DNA of 64,000 bases from Macrostomum lignano (taxonomy: Eukaryota). The notes beneath the pieces were generated by a model. That model had not been told where the DNA came from. It worked only from the letters and a program-made list of their open reading frames with translations, and searched no databases. The position numbers were made by a program, and so were the translations under genes. Where the stretch lies: the NCBI GenBank assembly GCA_002269645.1, contig NIVC01002897.1:1-64000 (forward strand). The letters run 5' to 3'. Below are positions 55,225 through 64,000 of this stretch, one piece after another (positions within the stretch are counted from its first letter, which is position 1; each line of letters opens with the position of its first letter).

Positions 55225-57775
55225 ATTCAGGTTCACCGTCCACTCTTCCATTCACTCTTTCCCATTCACTCTCCCATCTACTCGCCCATTCACTCTCCCA
55301 TTCACTCTCCCATTCACTCTCCCATCTACTCCCCCATTCACTCTCCCATTCACTCTTTCCCATTCACTCTCCCATCTACTCCCCCATTCACTCTCCCATC
55401 TACTCCCCATTCACTCTCCCATCTACTCCCCCATTCACTCTCCCATCTACTCCCCCATTCACTCTCCCATTCACTCTTCCATTCACTCTTTCCCATTCAC
55501 TCTCCCATCTACTCCCCCATTCACTCTTCCATTCACTCTTTCCCATTCACTCTCCCATCTACTCCCCCATTCACTCTCCCATCTACTCCCCATTCACTCT
55601 CCCATCTACTCCCCCATTCACTCTCCCATCTACTCCCCCATTCACTCTCCCATTCACTCTTCCATTCACTCTTTCCCATTCACTCTCCCATCTACTCCCC
55701 CATTCACTCTCCCATCTACTCCCCATTCACTCTCCCATCTACTCCCCCATTCACTCTCCCATCTACTCCCCCATTCACTCTCCCATTCACTCTTCCATTC
55801 ACTCTTTCCCATTCACTCTTCCATCTACTCCCCCATTTACTCTCCCATTCACTCTCCCATCTACTCCCCCATTCACTCTCCCATTCACTCTTCCATCTAC
55901 TCCCCCATTTACTCTCCCATTCACTCTCCCATTCACTCGCCCATCTACTCCCCCATTTACTCTCCCATTCACTCTTCCATTCACTCGACCATCTACTCCC
56001 CCATTTACTCTCCCATTCACTCTCCCATCTACTCCCCCATTCACTCTCCCATTCACTCTTCCATCTACTCCCCCATTTACTCTCCCATTCACTCTCCCAT
56101 TCACTCGCCCATCTACTCCCCCATTTACTCTCCCATTCACTCTCCCATTCACTCGACCATCTACTCCCCCATTTACTCTCCCATTCACTCTCCCATCTAC
56201 TCCCCCATTCACTCTCCCATTCACTCTTCCATCTACTCCCCCATTTACTCTCCCATTCACTCTCCCATTCACTCTCCCATCTACTCCCCCATTTACTCTC
56301 CCATTCACTCTCCCATCTACTCCCCCATTCACTCTCCCATTCACTCTCCCATCTACTCCCCCATTCACTCTTCCATCTACTCCCCCATTTACTCTCCCAT
56401 TAACTCTCCCATTTACTCTCCCATTTACTCCCTCATTCACTCTCCGATTCACTCTCCCATTCACTCTCCCATTTACTCTCCCATCTACTCCCCCATTTAC
56501 TCCCATTCGCTCCCCCATTCACTCTTCCATCTACTCCCCCATTCACTCTCCCATCTACTCCCCCATTCACTCTCCCATCTACTCCCCCATTCACTCTCCC
56601 ATCTACTCCCCCATTCACTCTCCCATCTACTCCCCCATTTACTCTCCCATTCACTCTCCCATCTACTCCCCCATTCACTCTCCCATTCACTCTCCCATCT
56701 ACTCCCCCATTCACTCTCCCATCTACTCCCCCATTCACTCTTCCATCTACTCCCCCATTCACTCTCCCATTTACTCTCCCATTTACTCCCTCATTCACTC
56801 TCCGATTCACTCTCCCATTCACTCTCCCATTTACTCTCCCATCTACTCCCCCATTTACTCCCATTCGCTCTCCCATTCACTCTCCCATCTACTCCCCCAT
56901 TCACTCTTCCATCTACTCCCCCATTCACTCTTCCATCTACTCCCCCATTTACTCTCCCATTCACTCTCCCATTTACTCTCCCATCTACTCCCCCATTTAC
57001 TCCCATTCGCTCTCCCATTCACTCTCCCATTTACTCTCCCATCTACTCCCCCATTTACTCCCATTCGCTCTCCCATTCACTCTCCCATCTACTCACCCAT
57101 TCACTCTTCCATCTACTCCCCCATTCACTCTCCCATCTACTCCCCCATTCACTCTCCCATCTACTCCCCCATTCACTCTTCCATCTACTCCCCCATTCAC
57201 TCCCCCATTCACTCTTCCATTCACTCTCCCATTCACTCGCCCATCTACTCTCCCATCTACTCCCCCATTTACTCTCCCATTTACTCTCCCATTTACTCCC
57301 CCATTCACTCTCCGATTCACTCTCCCATTCACTCTTTTTCATTCACTCTCTTATTCACTCTCCCATTCACTCTCCCATTCGCTCTCCCATTAACTCTCCC
57401 ATTCACTCTCCCATCTACTCCCCCATTTTCTCCCATCACTCTCCCATTCACTCTCCCATTCGCTCGCCCATCTACTCCCCCATTTACTCTCCCATTTACT
57501 CCCCTATTCACTCTCCCATTCACTCTTTTTCATTCACTCTCTTATTCACTCTCCCATTCACTCTCCCATTCACTGGTTACCATTCACTATTCCCATTCAC
57601 TATTTCTTATTCACTGTTCCCCATTTACTATTCCCCATTCACTGTTCCCCATTCACTATTCCCCATTCACTGTTCCCCATTCACTATTCCCCATTCACTG
57701 TTCCCCATTCACTGTTCCCCATTCACTGTTCCCCATTCACTGTTCCCCATTCACCGTTCCCCATTCACTGGTACC
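55225..57775. repeat. 2.5-kb compound C/T-rich 12-13-bp minisatellite (CCCATTCACTCT / CCCATCTACTCC)n
   Basis: Ends ~60 nt before the CYP ATG; source of the spurious 910-aa ORF. Confidence 0.95.
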
Positions 57776-57837
57776 CATTCATTGGTTCTCATTGAGCAAC
57801 AGCAGTTGGTGCTACATCATCTTCATGAACAGAACAG

Positions 57838-60800
57838 ATGCTGCTGGAACTGTGCCTCAGCCTCATCTTTCTGTGGCTTCTGTGGCGCCTCACCTACGCC
57901 AGAGATCGCGGTTCAAAACCGATGCCTCACCTACCTGAAGTGCCATTCCTAGGCCACCTGCCATTTCTAGCCGTGAAGCATCTGCGCGATCCCAAACGCC
58001 GTCAGTACATGGACATGGTGACGATGCAGCACCATCCAGTCTTCAGTAACATTGTCGGTCTACAGAGATTTGTCATCATCAGCGGCTACGAGGCCATCAA
58101 GTCGGCATTCTTCGATTACGGTGACGCATTCTCCGGCCGGCCAAGGAATCCGTTCTACCTGCTGGTGTCCGGCGGCAAAGGCGTTATTCTGTCCGAGGGT
58201 AGCACCTGGAAGGAGCAGCGACGTTTTGCACTGCGGGTGCTGCGCGATCTGGGGCTGGGCAAGTCGCGAATGGAGGAGGTGATCTCGGCCGAGGCGGAGG
58301 AACTTGTGGCTAATTTTGCTGCTCTGAATGGCCGGCCGGTCAATACTAAGGATTTGTTGTCGAAGGTTAGGGTTGTTGTTGTTTTATTGAACTGTGTTGG
58401 GCAGTTTTATGACGCTTCATTTTCTTTGGCGCCGAAAGAATTTTTGTGTTGTTAACAATTTAAAAAATTAGCAATACTGGTAAATGCTTGCACGAGTTAA
58501 TACGTTTTACTTAAAACAGAAATACTAAAAGCATGAAAGCACCAAAATACAGCACAATAAACAACGGACAACACCAGCAACACAGCAACAAAACCAGCAT
58601 CTCCAACAACAACAACACCAGCATCTCCAACAACAACAATACCAGCATCTCCAACAACAACAACACCAGCATCTCCAACAACAACAACACCAGCATCTCC
58701 AACAACAACAACACCAGCATCTCCAACAACAACAACACCAGCATCTCCAACAACAACAACACCAGCATCTCCAACAACAACAACACCAGCATCTCCAACA
58801 ACAACAACACCAGCATCTCCAACAACAACAACACCAGCATCTCCAACATCAACAACACCAGCATCTCCAACATCAAAAACACCAGCATCTCCAACAACAA
58901 CAACACCAGCATCTCCAACAACAACAACACCAGCATCTCCAACATCAACAACACCAGCATCTCCAACAACAACAACAACACCAGCATCTCCAACAACAAC
59001 AACACCAACATCTCCAACAACAACACCAGCATCTCCAACAACAACAACACCAACATCTCCAACAACAACACCAGCATCTCCAACAACAACAACACCAGCA
59101 TCTCCAACATCAACAACACCAACATCTCCAACAACAACAACACCAACATCTCCAACAACAACAACACCAGAATATCCAACAGCAACAACAGCAACATCTC
59201 CAACAACAAGAACAACACCAAGAACAACACCTGCAAAAATAACGAAAACAACACCACTATTAAAAACTATATCAACAACAGTATTAACAACAACAAAAAC
59301 TATAACTAAAACAACAATAAAAGCAACAAGGACAACAAAATTAACAAATAACAACAACACGAACCCGCCAGGCCGTGGCAAACGTTATCGGCGGCCTGGT
59401 GTTCAGCGAACGATCCGGCTACGAAGATCCGGACTTTAAGGCCACCATCGATCACGTGACCAACGTCACCCAGGTGGGCAGTCCGGCACAGTTTCTCACC
59501 ATATTCTACCCGTTCCTGTGCCAACCATGGATTGTGAAACTGCTGCCCGGGCTCAATCGGTCGGTGATATCCAGAGACTGGCTCAGTGAGGCCTGTCAGG
59601 CTCGCGTCAATCGAATCAGACAGAAATTTAACGAAGAATTCGGAGAAGACATTGTCGACAATGCATCGGCTGCTGAGCCGGTCAACTTTGTTGAGGCCTA
59701 TCTGAGGGAGCAGCGGCGCCGGCTGGCTGCGGGAGAGTCCACGCTGGGATCCTTTGATGACGAGCAGCTGGTGCAGGTGCGATGGCGCTGGAGGTCTGAG
59801 GGGAGGGGCAGCAGGCACTGAAGGATCTGAGGGGAGGGGCAGCAGGCACTGAAGGAGCTGAGGGGAGGGGCAGCAGGCACTGAAGGAGCTGAGGGGAGGG
59901 CAGCAGGCACTGAAGTATCTGAGGGGAGGGGCAGCAGGCACTGAAGGATCTGAGGGGAGGGGCAGCAGGCACTGAAGGATCTGAGGGGAGGGGCAGCAGG
60001 CACTGAAGGGTCTGAGGGGAGGGGCAGCAGGCACTGATGGATCTGAGGGGAGGGACAGCAGGCACTGAAGGATCTGAGGGGAGGGGCAGCAGCCACTGAA
60101 GGATCTGAGGGGAGGGGCAGCAGGCACTGATGGATCTGAGTTGAGTGGTCAGTAAAGCATGGAGATCGCACTCTCAAACCCAACAGACGGTGCTGGACTT
60201 GTACATCGCTGGGTCGGACACAACGACCTCCACTCTTGGCTGGCTGCTGCTGTACAGCGCTCTGCACCCGGACGAGCAGCGCCAGTGCCAGGCCGAGCTG
60301 GCCACCGAGCTAAGTGAGGCTCCCGTCAGACTGGATGATCGCCGACGTTTGCACCGAGTGCTGGCGTTCATCGACGAAGGCATGCGAATGAGCAGCATTT
60401 TGGTGCACAATGTTGATAGGCAAGTTGCTTTATTGAACATCTGTGCGGTTTTTCTCATTCAAGTGCGCAACTAGTGCTACTTATAGTAAGCAGATAAGCT
60501 GTAGTGGCTTGTACCTGATTTTTATATTAATATCCTCTGACACTTTCTTAGTGTCTCCTGGCACCTTTTTGTGACCCCCTTGACCCCCTTGACACCTACT
60601 TTAGTCCCCCTGACACCTGTTTTAGTGACCCCCCTTTGACACCTATTTAGTGACCCCCATCTGACACCTATTTTAGTGATCTCTTGACACCTATTTTAGT
60701 GACCTCTTGACGCCTATTTTAGTGACCCCTGACACCTATTTTAGTGACCCCCTTTGACACCTATTTTAGTGACCCCCTGACACCTATTTTAGTGGCCCCC

Positions 60801-61911
60801 TTTGACACCTATTTTAGTGACCCCCCTTTGACACCTATTTTAGTGCCCCTGACACCTGTTTTAGCGACCCCTCCCCCCTTGAAACCTATTTTAGTGACCC
60901 CCTCTGACACCTATTTTAGTGACTCCCCCTCTGAATTCTGTTTTAGTGACCCCCTCTGACACCTAGTGACCTCTATCTGACACCTATTTTGTGACCCCCA
61001 TCTGAAAACTATTTAGTGACCCCCATCTGGACACCTATTTAGTGAACCACTCTGACACCTTTTTAGTGACCCCCTCTGACACCTATTTAGTGACCCCTCT
61101 GACACCTATTTAGTGACCCCCTCTGACACTTATTTTAGTGACTCCCCCTCTGAATTCTGTTTTAGTGACCCCCTCTGACACCTAGTGACCTCCATCTGAC
61201 ACCTATTTTGTGACCTCCATCTGACACCTATTTAGTGACCCCCATCTGAAACCTATTTAGTGATCCCCTCTGACACCTATTTAGTGACCCCCTCTGCCAC
61301 CTATTTAGTGACCCCCTCTGACACCTATTTAGTGACCCCCTCTGCCACCTATTTAGTGACCCCCTCTGACACCTATTTAGTGACCCCCTCTGCCACCTAT
61401 TTAGTGACCCCCTCTGACACCTATTTAGTGACCCCCTCTGACACCTATTTAGTGACCCCCTCTGACACCTATTTAGTGACCTCCTCTAACAGAAATTGAA
61501 TAAACATTTGTTAAACATTGCCGCATTGTCAGGCGGGTGCTCAGAGACACTGAGTTCCTCGGCTACCTGATCCCAGCCTCCGCCATCGTGTTCATCAATC
61601 TCTACGGTCATCATCGGGATCCGAGATATTTTCCCAATCCGTCCGAGTTTAAGCCAAGCAGATTTCTGGACTCGGACGGGCGATACCAGGCCAGCCAATA
61701 CCTGATCCCATTCGGCCTGGGCCGCAGGTCCTGCCTAGGCGAGTCCCTGGCTAAAGCTGAGGTGTTCCTATTGTTTGCCAGCTTGCTGCAAAAGTTCAAT
61801 ATTGAACTGACGGATGAGTGCTTGAAGCTTGGCGAAGACCTGCTGGTTGGTACGGACGGTATTGTGCGGGCGCCGGAGCCGCATCAACTCCGGCTGGTGC
61901 CTAGAGACTAG
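57838..61911 (+). CDS. Cytochrome P450, clan 2-like, 4 exons, 514 aa
   Basis: Exons 57838-58365 (signal anchor, Pro-rich hinge, WKEQRRF..LRDLGLGK), 59372-59776, 60187-60419 (I-helix AGSDTT, K-helix EGMR) and 61533-61911 (PSRF, heme FGLGRRSCLG). Phases 0,0,2; intron 3 has a GC donor. Confidence 0.94.
58590..59345. repeat. 24-bp AAC-rich minisatellite (CAACAACAACAACACCAGCATCTC)n, CYP intron 1
   Basis: Regular units decaying into AAC-rich low complexity up to the acceptor. Confidence 0.93.
59790..60140. repeat. 31-bp minisatellite (GCAGCAGGCACTGAAGGATCTGAGGGGAGGG)n, CYP intron 2
   Basis: About 11 units making up nearly the whole intron. Confidence 0.95.
60560..61485. repeat. 22-25-bp minisatellite (GACACCTATTTTAGTGACCCCCT)n, CYP intron 3
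   Basis: About 38 degenerate units. Confidence 0.93.
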
Positions 61912-62104
61912 AGAGACTTTAGAGTAGCTGTTCTTTTTCAACGGTTAACTTATTAACTACTGCTAGTAGCATCATGACAATGATTTTTTGTTTTTTGTAT
62001 TTTGGATATTCGCCCATTGATTGAAGCGGTATTGTCTCTGATTAAGTGCGTAAATCGGGTCTAACATTGTTTTCAAATAAATTTTAAATAAGAGTCAGTT
62101 GCTT

Positions 62105-62470
62105 ACTAAAATAGGTGTCAAAGGGGGTCATTAAAATAGGTGTCAGAGGGGGGGTCACTAAAATAGGTGTCATAACTAAAATAGGCCGGTGTCAGAAGGG
62201 GGTCACTAGAATAGGTGTCAGGGGGTCACTAAAATAGGTGTCATAGGGGGTAACTAAAATAGGCCGGTGTCAGAAGGGGGTCACTAAAATAGAGGTCAGA
62301 AGGGGGTCACTAAAATAGGTGTCAGGGGGTCACTAAAATAGGTTTCATAGGGGGTAACTAAAATAGGCCGGTGTCAGAAGGGGGTCACTAAAATAGGTGT
62401 CAGGGGGTCACTAAAATAGGTGTCAGGGGGTCACTAAAATGGGTGTCAGAGGGGGTCACTTAAATAGGTG
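62105..62470. repeat. Inverted copy of the CYP intron-3 minisatellite (AGGGGGTCACTAAAATAGGTGTC)n
   Basis: Reverse complement of the 60560-61485 unit; begins just after AATAAA at 62076-62081. Confidence 0.93.
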
Positions 62471-63729
62471 TGGGGGACAATATACGAGTAATAGGTGTAA
62501 AATGCACACCTAATAAATGCTTAGTGAAAAGCTCGAGAGCCTATATTGTTCTGTTCTATTGTAATGTAATTGCATTGCAACTTTAAGTGTGTTAATTCTA
62601 GGTCTTTAGAGAGTTGAATATAAAGTTAATTATCTTTAATCGACATTCCAGTTTTATACAACAAATTAATAACTGTACTGTTTTTTCGCTTACAAATTTT
62701 TTCAAAAGCTTTAAACACAATCATTTTTATCGAGTGAATAAATAATTTTATGAGTTTTATTAATTTAACGTCAATTATGTACTAATAATTAAGTGGCAGT
62801 TTGTTAGATAAAATCGAATTACGTTTTATTTGACCCCAGAGAACGCACTTGCACATGGGTACTTTGTTTCGTGGTAAACAAAGAAGCGAAGAAACTAAAA
62901 ACTAAAAATAAGAAAAATCCTATATACTAAAATAAGAAACTAAAAAAAACTAAGACAACGAATACACTGAAAAAATCTAAGAATACGAAACAACAAAAAA
63001 ACGAAAAAACTGACAAAAATTACGACACTAAAAACAAAGAAAATGAAAAAGCGAAGAAACGATAAAAAACAAAAAACAAAGAAAAATAAGAAACTAAAAA
63101 TACGAAAAAAACGAAGAAACAAAGAAGAAAGAAGTAATTTCGCTGTAATATAACAAACTATCACTATTGTTTTCTAAGAAACGAGCGGGGTTTTCCGGCT
63201 TTGGTGACGCCGTTGTTGCGGAATCGAACCAACGACTTAATTAGTGTCACAAGACATCGGAAAGCGTTTTCGCTGAGCTAATCGTACCTGTTTTTTACCA
63301 GAAATGTCCAATAACAATTGCACATTGTAATTATGAATTGTACTAATGTGAAGCAACTACCGCGCGTCTTTAGACAAGAGAATTTTAAATGCAGCAATGT
63401 GTTTTTACAAGCTTTCAACCTAAGCCTTCAAGGGTTTCGTTTTTCTACAGGTATATAATTTACAAGCACAACATAATTTTTCGCGTAAAGATCCTTTCTT
63501 ACCTACCTACCTACTTAGGGTATCTTGCGTTCTTCCGCCTCTCATGCTGACTGCTGATTAATGTTCAGCCTAAATTGCACAATGCATATCTGTATGGGCA
63601 GTATGGCATGACTAAGGGAGGACTTTAAAACTGTTTGCAAACTGTAATTGCTATGTGCAGCCTTAGATATACTCAAGTAGATCATTTTAAGCGGCTGCTG
63701 TCATTACAGTTTTGGCGCATTCACTACCG

Positions 63730-64000
63730 TCTTAGCGCCTTTATTACTGTTTTGGCGTTTTCATTACAGTTCCAGCGCCTTCATTACAGTTTTAGAGCCT
63801 TCATTACAGTTTTAGCGCCTTCATTACAGTTTTAGCGCCTTTATTACAGTTTTAGTGCCTTTATTACAGTTTTAGCGCCTTTATTACAGTTTTAGCGCCT
63901 TTATTACAGTTTTAGCGCCTTTGTTACAGTTTTAGCGCCTTTATTACAGTTTTAGCGCCTCTATTACAGTTTTAGCGCCTTTATTACAGTTTTAGCACCT
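63730..64000. repeat. 20-bp minisatellite (TTATTACAGTTTTAGCGCCT)n, runs off the window end
   Basis: At least 12 units. Confidence 0.95.

Noticed and set aside
55206-57938. 910-aa ORF and overlapping reverse ORFs (HSPIYSP / TLPFTLP repeats)
   Set aside because: Translation of a C/T-rich minisatellite that lacks stops in some frames; frame-shifting repeat peptides with no domain.
58497-59381. Asn-rich, Val/Gly-rich and Leu-rich ORFs on both strands
   Set aside because: AAC-rich minisatellite inside CYP intron 1.

Overview
Eukaryotic animal genomic DNA. It is most likely a free-living flatworm such as Macrostomum; this is inferred from the divergent Argonaute type, GC-rich coding exons and introns packed with minisatellites. 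Six spliced protein-coding genes were reconstructed by hand with phase-consistent junctions: a KIF26/VAB-8 kinesin-11 (+, 5' end probably incomplete), a divergent Bicaudal-C (-), a 1122-aa Argonaute with an intact DEDH tetrad and an RG plus ~160-aa Gln/Pro-repeat N-terminus (-), ERK MAP kinase (-, two single-base losses in G/C runs), the mitochondrial phosphate carrier SLC25A3 (+) and a clan-2 cytochrome P450 with a GC-AG intron (+). Non-coding space holds more than 30 distinct tandem arrays, a TA-flanked Tc1/mariner-type non-autonomous element, two hAT-type MITEs, three copies of a tRNA-headed CORE-like SINE and a 5'-truncated RNase H LINE with a 10-bp TSD. The most notable points are: (1) the PIWI-like RG / Drosophila-Ago2-like polyQ slicer Argonaute lying directly upstream of Bicaudal-C; (2) direct evidence that a minisatellite array was inserted cleanly into a young LINE as an inverted copy of a neighbouring array, plus other inverted array pairs and shared cores among unrelated arrays; (3) near-total CpG deserts confined to the 5' introns of Ago and ERK. 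Most long ORFs in the track are artefacts of tandem repeats. No rRNA, true tRNA or CRISPR array was found. All coordinates were read by eye and no database search was run.
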